This document shows positions 1-13,200 of a DNA stretch of 64,000 nt, in pieces (positions within the stretch are counted from its first letter, which is position 1; every line of letters begins with the position of its first letter). Origin of the DNA: Amoebophrya sp. A120. Its lineage: Eukaryota > Protista > Dinoflagellata. The translations under genes and the position numbers were made by a program. The stretch is from the NCBI GenBank assembly GCA_905178155.1, contig CAJINV010000002.1, forward strand, positions 11,348,591-11,412,590. Direction: 5' to 3'. Below the pieces are notes generated by a model that saw only the letters and a list, made by a program, of their open reading frames with translations, had not been told where the DNA came from and searched no databases.

Positions 1-628
1 AGGCCGAGGAGCCGAAAGGCCGAGGAGCCGAAAGGCCGAGGAGCCGAAAGGCCGAGGAGCCGAAAGGCCGAGGAGCCGAAAGGCCGAGAAAAGAGAAGAC
101 GGGAAATGCAAACAAAAGCCGGGAAAAGAAAAACGAAACCGAGAAAAGAGAAGCCGGGAAAAGAGAAACCGGGAAAAGGAAAACCGGGAATGGGAAAAGA
201 GAAACCGGGAAAAGGGAAATCGCGACAAGAGAAACCGGCGAAAGGGCAACCGGGAAAAGAGAAACCGGGGCGAGAGAAACCGAACCGACGAAAGAGAAAC
301 CGAGAAAAAAGAAATCGGAGAAAGAGAAACCGCGACAAGAGAAACCAAGAAAGAGAAGCCGAGAAAGCGAAACCGAAAAAAGGGAAGCCGAGGAAAGGAT
401 AACCGAGAAAGAGAAACCGAGAAAAAGGAAATCGGAGAAAGAGAGGCTTCTCGGCCTTTCGGCCCCTTCTCGGCCTTTCGCCCCCTTCTCGGCCTTTCGG
501 CCCTTTCTCGGCCTTTCGGCCCCTTCTCGGCCTTTCGGCCCCTTCTCGGCCTTTCGGCCCCTTCTCTGCCTTTCGGCCCCTTGGCCTGTCGGTCGTTATT
601 CAGCCTTTCGGCCTCTCGGCTTCTCGGG
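1..628. repeat. Low-complexity/minisatellite block with inverted arms
   Basis: 1-90 is (aggccgaggagccgaa)n. 91-444 is purine-rich degenerate gaaaag/ccg repeats. 445-628 is (ccttctcggcctttcggcc)n, roughly the reverse complement of the 1-90 unit. Confidence 0.85.
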
Positions 629-1900
629 CTACTGCTTTCCTGATTCTCGTTGATCGACACACTGTGGCGACATAACCTGCCAACTTGTAATCAATAGCAG
701 TGCTGTTTCAAACAGAACTGCTCCACGGTGACCCGTCATCCGCCACCGCCAGTGATGGATCACAGAAAGATTGTCGGGGCGTGGTTGTTGGGAGGCAAAA
801 TCAAAAAAAACAAATTGTTGGAGTACTTCAGTGCCATACAAGAGAGTTCCATCAACATCGCGCGTTTTCTTCATGGGATATTCGTAGTCCTGCGGGTATT
901 CATCTGCCGGATAGTATCGCTTCGCATACGGAACCACTTTATCCCACGCAAAAGCACTATCGTGTCACGCTCACGAAGCTACGAAAGCATTACAAACATA
1001 GTAATTTCTGCCAGCGCTTTTCGCTGCAGTAGAATGTTCGTTGGTAGTGTTTGATTTATCACGGAGCTTCTTGATCATCATCAGCATCCATTCCAACGCT
1101 AAGCAGCTTCATAGTAGTTTCGCGCATCTTTTAGTTGTCACCCGAAAGGAGCGAAACCCACACTGAGTCATGTCACTCCATACAACGGGCTAGCTTTCGC
1201 GAATAGACAACTTTTGCATTGCATAGCCGAGGTAGTGCTTGCATCGAGCGATCCACTTTTCTCGGAGCGCATCCTTTTCCGCTTGGCTTCGCTTCTTCGT
1301 CGCCTGGTTAAATGAATTAAGGAAACACATTGGTGGTTTCGTATTTATTAGTTGTCACGGTGATCGCACGGGTATACCACACCTCGAGCGCAAGCAGTGA
1401 AAAAATCATCAATCACGATGCTATCGTGTCGCTCTGGAGCTAATAAAAACGACAAAAAAATGCGACTGTGCGTGCGCTTGTGCAAGTTGCAAAAATTCAC
1501 TTTTTTCCACCATAGCGTCGTATTTCGCGTGAATGACGACGCTATGCTGGACGCGTAGTAATTGATATTTCTTTAAAAAACTAATATATTTCTTGAACGA
1601 CGCAAACTACTGAAACGCCTTTTTTTTTCTTTGCCGCGGCTTCTTGCAATTTCGCTTCTCGAAATTTTCGAAAATTGTCCTGGAGTGATCCTGCATTTGA
1701 AAAAAAATCATCCTGCACTTGTACATCAGGCGACGCAACAGGAGCCGGCATCTTGATTGTGCGCGCCTTACAGTCAACGTACAAAACCAATGCAACCACT
1801 GCCGTGTCTCTTCCTATTTTTTTGATACAGAGCCTTACTATCCGACGAGGTTCGAAGATCTTTAGATACTTGTTTTGCCCTTCCCTTTGCCTCCGCGTCC
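629..1900 (-). CDS. Multi-exon hypothetical protein (boundaries approximate)
   Basis: Protein-like ORF pieces 1581..1940 (MPAPVASPDVQVQDDFF...EAAAKKKK) and 629..937 (VPYAKRYYPADEYP...) on the same strand, separated by AT-richer intron-like sequence. Confidence 0.45.
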
Positions 1901-2520
1901 GTCCTCCAGAGGTTTCCTCTGAATTAGTATTTGCTACCACTACTACAAGAACCAGGCTGCAGGAGGACGTTTTAGTTTCATTTTGTATCCCTTTCGTTTT
2001 GTATTTGATTTCTCATCCCAAGATCATCTTCTGTGGCCACTTTGACAAATAAATTTAAACTACTTACTGTCACTCACGCTCCTTGCACCACCTCATTCTT
2101 TCAGTAAAGAAACCACAGAACACACAACAGAGTCGATGCGGAAGCAACCACCTTGTGCGTAAAAAAATTTGACAATGACATTGACAGTTCCTTGCTAAAT
2201 CTATTGACTCCACCAGCATGGTCAATCATACATTGCACGCGCAAAAAGGTCCACGACGCAGGCCGACAGAAAATCTGTCCACTGCTGGACGTGAGCAGGG
2301 GTTTTTATTGTTGCGTACTCAAATCTTCCATGTGGTGCCGATAGATCTGAGTCTGACTCGGCAGCGTTCTGGTTCTTCAACGCCTGCTCTTGCACCTCCA
2401 CATCATGGTGCTCGCGCTGGTCGAGGAAGCTGACACAGCACAAGTGCTAGTGCACACAACGAACTCGCAGCCAGTTGTAACAGTATGACTTTTAACCCGG
2501 CGAAGCAACAGTTTTCCCTA

Positions 2521-5500
2521 CTAGATGTAGCAGGGCTCCACGTACTTGTGGCAACGCTGGTTGCAAAGTGGACACCTGGGAGCGCGCAGCTGGAAGAAAC
2601 AGTCCTTGCAGAGCGAAATGTGGTTGCAGGGGAGCAGCAACACGCTTTTTTTCTGGTCCAGACACGCGCAGCAAAGCGTTTCCAGGGGCGGTCCGGACTC
2701 GGGATGGTAGTTCTGCATGCGCTATCAAATGTAAAAATGTCTGGGTCTGGAAGATTGCGAGATTTGTCATGCATATTTCGGATCACGCAAATGGCGTCTG
2801 ATGTAGGCAAAAGCATCACAGGTTTTGCGCACGCCTCATGATGCGTGTCCCGCATGAGAAACTTCCTACTTGCGTGCCAAGAAATGGACAGCTTTTGGCG
2901 CTCATGCAACACAAGTTTTTGTGTGTTTCAGAGTTTGCATCACAAGTTCCAACCCTCCCAGACCCAGACATTTTTACATTTGATATGCGCTCCACAAGGT
3001 GTTGCAGGTTCCGTACCTGGATGGCGCGCCCGGTATGGATGTGTCAGGTTTGAAATCGTCAGAGTTGAAATAGTTTGTCATGCATAAAATGGATGCCAGT
3101 TGGAGCCCAGTTTTCAAGTGGCGCATGACAAGTTTTGGCGGTGCCTAAATCCAGTTTGTAATGCTGTTTGGGTAAGAAAGACGCGTTTTGTCATGCTACT
3201 TTGGCAGCTCTATTTCTGCCCCTCAACAGGCTTGCAATCTGCCTCCCTTGCCGACTCTGCAAGACAGGCACTTTGTGGGTTGCATTTTATGCATCGCAAA
3301 TTATTTCAACTTTGACGATTTCAATCCTGACGCTTCCATACCCGGACTCCGGCGCGTACTCGATCCAGACGTAGGTGAGCAGAAAGGTAACAAGCACCAC
3401 CAACAAGGCGCGCCCCAGCGTCCATCCGCTCCAGAGTACAGCCCGCAAATTTTCGGCGCTAGGTAAAAGCACGAACGAAGGACGAGAGGCTTTAGAAGCA
3501 TTGGTCTGGAGCTGGTGCACCTGTTTCGATGAGGTCGTCCCTGCGCTCGCTCGGCTCGCTAGATGCGCTGCTGTTGCCGAGGAGGACGGAGACGGCGACC
3601 TCCATGACCACATCAATCCACCGTCAGTGAACACGTCGTCAATGTCGCCTTCCGTTTGCCCCCGCGCAAACACTTCCTCTTCTACGTATAATGCGGAGGG
3701 GAAAAACGTCGTGTGACAATACCCCCGGAGTTTGGTGTCGTGCAGGTGGCGGAAGGTGTCCTGGAGGTAAGACATGCCGCGTGAGGAGATGTAAAAAGGA
3801 AAGTACAGAACAAAGTAGAAAGTGACCAGAATGAGCACCAGGCGTGCAACCAGTTCTGCGGGGGTTGTCTTTTTGGGTAGATGTGGAAGTTCTGGCTCTA
3901 CTACTTCCACCGAAGTAGACCTGCTCGTTCCCCGATGAACTTCCGCCAGCTCGACGACCAGCTCGTCCACTGATGCAGGAGCAAGAACTTCTGCACAAAC
4001 AAGGTCTTCTACTTCCGCAGTTCTTAATACTATCTGACCTTCGTCCCTTGTCGTTGTTTGGCGACCGGTCGGAGTTGGCAATATTACCTCGTAGTTCTCT
4101 GGTGTAGTCCTGGAACAAGTCAATGCTCGCTCGCGCAAAGCTGCGCTGGCTCGCGCGCCGTTCATTTCGTCTGCTCGCGACCTGGCGGCCGTTGTATCCG
4201 TTTCGGTAGTTTCCCGCCCCTGTAACTCGTGGTGGTGGATCGCTGCAGCGCGCAGCTCGTCGTTGGCCAAATCTTTTTCGTCTACTTCCCTTACAGTTAT
4301 TTCATCTCGCTCTGCTTGTAGCCCTTCTGCCACAACAAGAACGTCGGTCGTGCCATTCGTTCTTGTCCCTCTATTCTCGACGACGTCGTCCCGATTCGCG
4401 GCTACGGGCTTGCCTAGCTCCCGAAGCCTCTGCGCAAAATTGTACACTCCGAGGGCGAGCAACGCAACCACTATCCATCGTAGCCAAAACTGCACCACGC
4501 CGCGCAGCGCGACGGATGAAGTGAACGACCTTGATGTCGCGGTCAAGGCAGCTCCTGCGCCCGTGGTGCCACCACCTCCACCAGCCAAAGGGCCGGAAAA
4601 TAAGCCCACCAGAGGGAAACTTTGGTTCTGCAGCTCGAGGCACAGCAAAACAGCAACACAGACAGCACTCCATGTTCCGCTGACGACCAGTGACGGTTCG
4701 CGCAAATACCGAACGTACACCGGATACGCTTTTGTCAGGACACGCGGCGCGCCGTCTTTCCACAGGATGACGAGACTGGGAAAAACCAAATCCCTAAAAA
4801 ACCCGCACAGGAGCAACAGGAGCATCTTTACCACGTCAGCCAGGAATTCCTTACTCCGTTCCGGCAAAAGCTGCGCGCACACACGATCCAACTGTCGCAC
4901 GAATGCGTTATCGCAGAGTAGGTTCGAGAGGAGGCAAAACAGCCTCATCAGGTCAGGCGCATGCGACGGGTCTGCTCCTTGGTCCTCCTCGCGGCGGGGC
5001 GGGGGGCCGCTACGCTTATGATTGTCTGTTTTCTCTTTGTCGTCTGCATTATTGTCGGCACCACCATCATGTTTTTGTTTTTCAACATCTCGTTTTTGCG
5101 CGGGCAAATCTCTATCTTTAAGCGCGTCTACGACGCCGGTGCGGACAAAGGTACGTGACGATGAGGAGCTCGAGGAGGACGAAGACGACCCAGTGTCCTC
5201 GACCAGGATTTGGTCCGTAATGTTGTCTAACATGCCGTTGTAATGATGCCGGTATTCTTCTTGTTCACCTCGGCGTGCGGCCGTACCTCGTCTCCCGCTG
5301 GAGCTGGACTTGATTGTGTTCTGTGCAACTGTCTGGTGCTGGTTGCTCCTTGTATCGGTACTAAGGTAAGTTGTCGGCCGGTCAACAGCTTCGCCACCTT
5401 CATCCGGTGCTGCAGGCGCCTGAAAATCCTGGTGAGGACTCTCGTCCGGTGCCATGTCTGCCATCTTCGCACTTTTCCGTTCTCTCCTCGCGGGAGCACC

Positions 5501-5632
5501 AAGCAGCCCCTGCTGGGCGGCCTGCGTGGACGAAGAGGAATCGCGGACAGAGCTTGCGATTGCGGTCTGGCGCTGGCGAACACCGGCGAAGAAAGCAAAA
5601 TCCGCTGTTGTATCTTCCTGCTCACTAGTCAT
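2521..5632 (-). CDS. Multi-pass membrane protein with C-terminal C3HC4 RING finger (putative E3 ubiquitin ligase); 3 exons, 2 introner introns
   Basis: The long ORF with several hydrophobic segments joins the RING motif once both introners are removed: ...YAPESG|RAIQVRNLQHLVER|MQNYHPESGPPLETLCCACLDQKKSVLLLPCNHISLCKDCFFQLRAPRCPLC. First ATG is at 5632. Confidence 0.85.
2723..2985. mobile_element. Introner family A (263 bp), non-canonical intron
   Basis: TIR tatcaaatgtaaaaatgtctgggtctgg / ccagacccagacatttttacatttgata. DR tgcgc at 2718-2722 and 2986-2990. Removal restores the RING gene frame. Confidence 0.95.
3034..3340. mobile_element. Introner family B (307 bp), non-canonical intron
   Basis: TIR tatggatgtgtcaggtttgaaatcgtcagagttgaaata / tatttcaactttgacgatttcaatcctgacgcttccata. 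DR cccgg at 3029-3033 and 3341-3345. In-frame stop inside. Confidence 0.95.
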
Positions 5633-7275
5633 GGCGACCCGCAATATTGATGATCTTCTAGTGTACGACCGACACCGACATGAGGATCGAACTTACTTGT
5701 CATCCAAAACCAGAATCATTTTTGCAGCACTGACTTCCACTTCTATCAATACAACACTTACGGTTACGCTTACGCCAGGGCTAGGCATTTGACTTTCAGC
5801 GAAAAATAAAAGGGTCGTAACAACTCCGATTTTTTCCAACTCGACGTCAGGAAAAAAAGATGATCTTCGAGTCGCTGCTAATATCCAACGTGAAAACCTG
5901 GCTTGTTCTTCTGGGGATCAACATTCATAGATTAATCAAGGGGACCTGTAATATGTGTTGATGAAAACGAGATTGATTCCTCACGACTCCTGCACCAGCT
6001 ATCAATTCATATTAGGCGAGTGGCCGTGGTGCGTGTTTGCAGTTGGAATAAGTCGCAACCTCTACTTAAAGGCACGACCATAAAGTTGTTCGACACCACC
6101 TTCGATAGCTCGACATCACAAAGTAACGATAACGAGAAATCCATAGATATGGATTGATAGAAGACTGACCGCTGACAAACCCTAGCTTCTCCTCGAAATC
6201 AAAAAAAACTCTCACGCATGTTGCTACATACAAATCAATGAACTATACTCGACCGCTGGTCAAAACATAAACAAAAAAACGGATCGAGAACGACACTGGA
6301 ATCTTGGAACGTGCGTCAGGTAGGGTGTACGATGAATGTCATACGAACGTCAGCAGAGGAAGCGAGAACGATAGATTTTGGAATGTTGCGAATGGGAATG
6401 CATCGCATTCCACAGTGGATATCCGCGGTTAAACGCAAAATTTTGTACGACGTGATCACTTTCAAGCTGGTCGTGGTTCTCCAGAGGGTGAAATATGTTG
6501 ACCAACGCGCAGATCTGGGAACAGAGTGGTCTAGCATCTCACAAAAGTCAGGCGGAAAAAATCCATGGCCGCAAGACCGACTGGATGCTATACGTATGTA
6601 TGATGCCGCGGAGTATAAGTGCTTCACTCGTCTTGCATGGTCATGTCACCAAAAAGCTATGTTCTTGTTCGTGAATCCTGTGCACATAATGTAGATTCTT
6701 TTGCGTGATCTGTTAGTACGCTCCTTGAGCTCCTTTTCGTGAGCGTTCTAGCGGACATGCACGCTTGTCTTAGCGGTGTGCAACCTACTTCAGTGTCGTT
6801 GTAATTGAAAACTAACTGTTTATGATTGGTTCAGAATACGAAAAAAAATGAAAATGTTGAAGCAGAAAATAAAAATCAAAAAAAATCCGTGGAAAAGTTA
6901 GTGGAAAAAACAAAAACAAAGGAGAAATAAAAAGATTGCAAAGTGTAAACTGAGGCAGAAAAGGTCGCAAAGCATTAGCTTAAGATTGCGGGGAGGGGAT
7001 AAAAAGCATGCGCAACTCGTAGTGTCATCCGACTACATGAATGCCAGTCTCTGAATTCTGCTTTCCGTTCTTATTTGCCACGTGATACCTACTACACTTC
7101 AGGCACAATGATCGTAGAAAATTTCCACGTTGAAACTGAGCAGGTACTAAAACACTGTAAGAGTGGTGCAGCATGATGGGGATTGGGGAATCTTAAATTA
7201 TAGATAATTACTGTTTTTGTCACGATTACACGACGGGGGCTGTAGCACTCTATCGTTATCTCGAGGCGCTTATCA

Positions 7276-10200
7276 TCAGTCGAGCATGTGGTTTTGGAAG
7301 ACGCCTCTCCTCGGTCCGCCTCCCGGCAAAACGATAACGTTTCCCCCGCGCGTCAATTCCAGGAGTTCTGCTACGCCCCGGCGCACGTCGCGCACGTCCT
7401 CGCGGATCCGGATAATGTCGTACTCAATGGTAGAATTATTCTGTCCGCGGCTGTCGAGCGAGTTGCGGCCCGCAAGCGCGAGCGTGTTGCCGCGATTTCT
7501 GCTAGCACTTGGCGACCTATTCGAGGGGTAAAGATCATGGTCGTCGAAGGGGTCGTTCATATCTCCTCCGGAATGTGCATGTTGATGTTGCGACGCGCCG
7601 TGAAGATGATGTTGTTGATTATGCATCCTGCTGGGCGCGGAGTTGCTGACCAGGCCAGGTATGATCTTCTTGTTCACAGTCATCATCAGTTCGGACAGCT
7701 GTTTTCTGGTTTCCTGCAGCTCCCTCTCGATGGTGCCCATATCTGCGGCGGCCGTGCCGCTGCCGCCGTACAGCGGGTTCGGTAAGGATGCGTCTAGCGC
7801 TCCCGCTGCGCCCCCTCCGCCAATGCCGCCAGACGAGGCTATTCGCTTCATTTCTTTTCTCGTGTTCTGCAGCTCCGCGCGCAGGGATTCCAGCAGTTCC
7901 GCGTTGCTGTTACCCTGCTGCTCGTGGAGCACCTGCCGCATCACCTGGGCCATCTGCTCTTCGTCGAGCGAGATGGTCATGTTGCTGCCACCCATCATGT
8001 TGCCCATCAGCGGGGTGCCGGGCGGGATCTGGCTGCCGCCCATCACGGGCACCAGCTGCAGGTCGCCGCTTTCGCTGGTGCCCTGTTTTCGCAACCCAGA
8101 GGTTCTTTGCCCCGACGGGGTCCCCACCGGCGCGCCGAGCGGCAGCGCCGCCGCGGCACTCGCGGCGCCCCCCTTCGCGGGCGGCGCGAAGGACTCCGCA
8201 CCGAGGACGGGGCTGCCGGGCAGCATGGAGGAGGATCGCTTCAGCTTCTTCGCCTCCTCCTTCTCGATGTCCTCCTGGCTTTTCCAGAAAAAGTCGAAAC
8301 TGACCTCCTCGTTCCACACCGGGTTCACGTCGTCGTGCATGGTCTTCGTGCGCTCGTTGATGTGCTCCAGCTTGATGTCGCCCGAGCTGGGCACCTTGGG
8401 CCAGACCGAGACGTTGGCGTGCGGACTGGCGATCATCTCGCCGAGAAACTCGTCCGATTCGTGCGCCGGGTACAAGTACCTCGCCCGGATGATCTTCACC
8501 GTCAAGTTCCCCGGGTGGAAGGTGTGCCCGCCGTGCTTGATGGCGGGGAGCCCGGTCTCCTGCTGGTTGAAGGGGGTCCACTTCAGTTCCACCTCGATGC
8601 TGCCCTGCGCGTTCAGCTGCTTCTCCATGCCCGATTTCACCACCTTCATGATGTTGTTCTGCAGGGGGGCCTCGATTTTCCCGTGAAAGTGATTGATGTC
8701 GAACTCCACGGGGGCGAGCTTCAACTTCTTGCTATCGCGGACGTTCGCCTGGGTCGACCGTCCGCTGGTATCGTAACTCTGCTCCGAACCGTCGCGGTTC
8801 CGGGCCCGCGCCCGCAGACTGCGCAGGCCCTCCTTCTCGGCCTTCTCGATGGCGTCCCAGTTCTTCCCGATCAAGTCAAACTCTAGCAAAACCTCGCCCA
8901 AGAACAGGAACTCCCCCAGCACATTTTCGTCATACACCTCGATCTGGATGCGCCGCAGCAGGGCTTCCGGCTCCTCAAACTGCATCACATTCTCGACCTG
9001 AAGATTCATTATCATTCCCATTCGTTCGAGGGAGGACGTTGTTTCAAAATCGTTCTGATTTTCGTTTTCTCTAAGTGCCGGCGGCGAGTTGAGTTCTAGT
9101 AAACGAAGTCAAAGGGGCCGGGGGTCGAAGATGACAGCGACCCGCCGAACCCGACCATTTTTACGCGACGAGTGAATGCATTACGCCTTCCAGGAGCACA
9201 CCCGGACCCGGAGCCAGCGAAATAACAAAAAAATTTACTGAAAAGGCGACGGGGGGGATCTGTCTGCCTCACACTTTTTCAAAACTTTCAAAAAACTTTC
9301 CGCGATCTGTTTCCCGTCCTAAAATCATTCGCCCAATTTGGGGCGGGGAAAAGACCGCAACAGTCACACGGGCTGCGCGCTGCCAACACATGGCGCAAGA
9401 GGGTAGGAAGGTTGCCACGCTAACCGTCGCGCGCCCTGTGCTATGACAAGGCCCGCCTCCCGGGCGGCGCGGCGCAGGGTCCACCGGCCGCGGGGCCTCT
9501 CCTTTCCTCTCGGTCGTGGACCACATGAGAGGGGTCTCTCGGGTATTGCCAATCCTGCATCGCCCAGACAAAACAATCCCGGCCAAGGAACGAACATCCA
9601 CAGCGGAGCCCGGCGCCGTGATGGCCCCCCCGGGTGCTGCCAAGTGTGCAAAAAAAGAAACCGCGCAACCTCGCTCGGGCAACCCTCTATGGGTCCTGCG
9701 ACAGGTGCCGCACCTCGAAGGGTGGTAGACCCCGCCAAACCCCACACACCCGACGCAATGGCCCCCGAGAGCGCCAACAATTTCCCACAAAAAAAAGCCC
9801 CTGAACTTCGTGCACGCGAAGGTATGGCGCACGCACAGAAAAATGGGTACGCTCCAAGTTGGCCTCTCGCAACCTCGTGCACGCGACGGCACGGCCCTCC
9901 TGAGTGCCAGAAAAAAGACCCCGCCCAACTTCGTGCACGCGGTGCTATGACCCTTCTGGGTGAGGCAGGATTTTGCGAAAAAAAATCCCGCTTCAACTTC
10001 GTGCACGCGAAGGTATGGTCCACGGAACTGCCAAAAAGAGCGCGGCAGCTGGCCCATGGCCGAAATACTTTGAAAATACTTTGGAAAATACTTTGTGAAT
10101 ACTTTGCAAAACTGCCGGCCAACTGGCCGGCTGAGCGGCACCATACCTTCGCGTGCACGAAGTTAAGGGGCAGCCGAAAATGTCCGCTTTCAAAAGTATT

Positions 10201-13200
10201 TTGCGAAAGTATTTCGCCCCGGGAAAAGCTCGGGCCGGCCGGCGATCTGGCCCGAAGGCTGTGGTCGGGGGACCTCAGACGCCCGGTCACCAAAATGGCG
10301 CGCCCGGGATGCGTCATAGCGTCGTGTGCACGAGGAGAAAGGGGCAGAGGGCGCGCCCTCTCCAGCAAAGACCTGCGCCAAGGTCCTTGGCACCGAAGGC
10401 CTGGCCTTGAAGTCGCCCGGACGAGGCGCGCGCCTTTGCGCGCGCTCTTTGGCTGCGTCTGCCCTTTTGCAGCTAGGGCGCTGCTGCCAATCTCAGCGCT
10501 GTGGATTTTGCCTCTTTCCCTCGGGTTTTTGGAAATGGTTCCTGCTGCTCTACAGCAGGTTTTTTGGATACTCACCCGATTGGCGCAGACTAGTTTTTTT
10601 AGGCCATAGAGCCACGGCCGGAAAGTCGCTTGCTACGATCGGCCGCTGGATATGCAAAGTGCGAAAGCGAAAAATCTTTCCAAGTGGTGGAAACCGACGA
10701 CGCAATTTCCCAGCTTGAGGGCGGAGATCATAGTGCGGATTTTGAAATGCAGAAACAGTTTCTAGCCTCAGAATCAGAGTGCGTTTTTTGCAATGCAAGT
10801 CCAGTTCTCCAGCTGAAATCCGAGGTGTGATTTTTGAAATATAGCTGCACTTTTCGGCCGAAATTCGAGGCGTGTATTTTAAAATAAAAGCACAGCGCCC
10901 CGGCTGCAAATCGAGGCGTGTGTTTTGAAATACAGCAGCATTTTGCGGGCGCGATTTCAATATGCGAATTTTCAAAAACGCAAAGTATTTTGAAGGTATT
11001 TTCGAAGTGTTAGACGAACAGAATAGCCCCCCCGTCTTGTCGGTAAAAAAAAATGATAAATTGAAATTCCCTTTTAGCATAATTTTAATTCACTCGAATG
11101 AGTACTAAAAAACAAATATAAGCAATGAATCTTGAAGCCCGTTGGTGCAGCTGGTGGACGTAAAATAAATCTTGGAAAAAAGGCACAAAGAATCCGGTAG
11201 TACCGTTTCTCGCTCGATCTGGTTTTGCTTGCTCTGCACCGCGAGGTCAGCGTGGTGCTCGGTCCAGACGTCTGTGAAGTTGTTCAGCAGCACGGAAGTT
11301 GGCATCGCCACGACGAGAAGCGCCGTGAGCATGGAGATGATGCCGGCCAGCTGGCCCACTAAGCTATAGGGTGCCATGTCTCCGTACCCCACGGTGGTGT
11401 AGGTGACGAAACTCCACCACATGCTGTGCGGGATGGACTTGAAGGGGGTGGCCTCCACGTCGTCTATGACCCAGTTTCTGCGTACCCACGTCTTCTTCAC
11501 GGGGTCCCAGTGCCCCGACTCCGCGAAGTAGATTATCGAGGCGGACACCGTCACGAAGAGGAGCAACACGAACAGCAGCACGGCGAGCGCGAGGAAAGAT
11601 CGGGTAAACACCTTCGCGATCACCGTTATTGTGTTCACATACTTAGCCACCTTCATGAACCGGAACAACCGGGTCAGCCGCACCACACGCAGCACCGTGG
11701 AACCCTGCACGCCACTGCTGCCCACGAAGAGCTCGAGATAGAACGGCACAATCGCCAGCACATCAACGAGATTCATTGGGGTTAGGATAAAGTCGCTTAA
11801 CCTGTTTGTTTGTTGTTCCGTAGAGGATTTGGATATTCCGATAATTCATGCATGTTGGGCACTCGCATTGGGTTTGGGGGGGGCCTGTAGTTAAAGGTAG
11901 AGGCCTGTCGTCAACTGTAACTGAACATCAGCGATATTAGAAGAGGTTCAATTACAATTTTGGACCAGATAAATACAATTCAATACCTTCTCAATCGTCC
12001 GTGCCTTCTTCCGAGACTGTGCTCCCCGAGGCAGAGTTCAACGCAGCAGTTGCGGCCACGGCACCAGCTTGCAGCGACCTTGGGTCGCTGCGAGCACACA
12101 GGGCGGCATTGTCGGCCGACTGCGTTGTGCCGTGCGTCGCAGCTGCGGTGCGCTCGCTAATCCATGCATCGAGGCGGGTGGAGATTAACTCCCAACGCCC
12201 GCTCTCCCAATGCTCCACCGGGCGAGATTCATGCTGGGCCATGGCCAAGGTGCGCGGCATGTTCAGCCAGTGCATGCACTGGAGATNNNNNNNNNNNNNN
12301 NNNNNNNNNNNNNNNNNNNNNNNNNNNNNNNNNNNNNNNNNNNNNNNNNNNNNNNNNNNNNNNNNNNNNNNNNNNNNNNNNNNNNNNNNNNNNNNNNNNN
12401 NNNNNNNNNNNNNNNNNNNNNNNNNNNNNNNNNNNNNNNNNNNNNNNNNNNNNNNNNNNNNNNNNNNNNNNNNNNNNNNNNNNNNNNNNNNNNNNNNNNN
12501 NNNNNNNNNNNNNNNNNNNNNNNNNNNNNNNNNNNNNNNNNNNNNNNNNNNNNNNNNNNNNNNNNNNNNNNNNNNNNNTTCAATACCTTCTCAATCGTCC
12601 GTGCCTTCTTCCGAGACTGTGCTCCCCGAGGCAGAGTTCAACGCAGCAGTTGCGGCCACGGCACCAGCTTGCAGCGACCTTGGGTCGCTGCGAGCACACA
12701 GGGCGGCATTGTCGGCCGACTGCGTTGTGCCGTGCGTCGCAGCTGCGGTGCGCTCGCTAATCCATGCATCGAGGCGGGTGGAGATTAACTCCCAACGCCC
12801 GCTCTCCCAATGCTCCACCGGGCGAGATTCATGCTGGGCCATGGCCAAGGTGCGCGGCATGTTCAGCCAGTGCATGCACTGGAGATCATGCCCGCAAACC
12901 AGGGCCATGCTGCCCGTTCTCTACACCTCTCTATCTTTCCCCGGGGCTGGCTTTCAGATACCCGCCCATGCGAGTATCTAAGAGCCAGTCGCCCCAGGAA
13001 GATATACCCTGAGCTTCTGCTTCGCGCAGCGAGCATGCCCTCTGTGGAGGGGCGCTCGCGTGGAGCAGAAGCGCAAGGCAGCGACGCACTGGGCTCACGC
13101 GGGGCCGGTATCGCAAGGGACCACGCAACACGTTTCCGCGGGGAAACATGCCGCGACGGGGACCTACGGACGCGACGCAGGGCATTTTCTGAGGTACAGA

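Noticed and set aside
106-402. 98-aa Lys/Arg-rich ORF
   Set aside because: It lies wholly within a purine-rich degenerate repeat; no evidence of coding beyond the lack of stops.
7643-8886. Long plus-strand ORFs overlapping genes (also 22836..23969 and 43076..43885)
   Set aside because: Antisense shadows of GC-rich coding exons with no recognisable domains.
9269-10609. ORFs of 290-400 aa inside the 1.8-kb TIR element as a possible transposase
   Set aside because: Open in several frames on both strands, repeat-derived, with no DDE, RT or other motif visible. No autonomous transposase was found anywhere in the window.
11979-12886. Exact 308-bp direct repeat either side of the N run
   Set aside because: Identical copies exactly abutting a scaffold gap are most simply an unmerged contig overlap, not biology.
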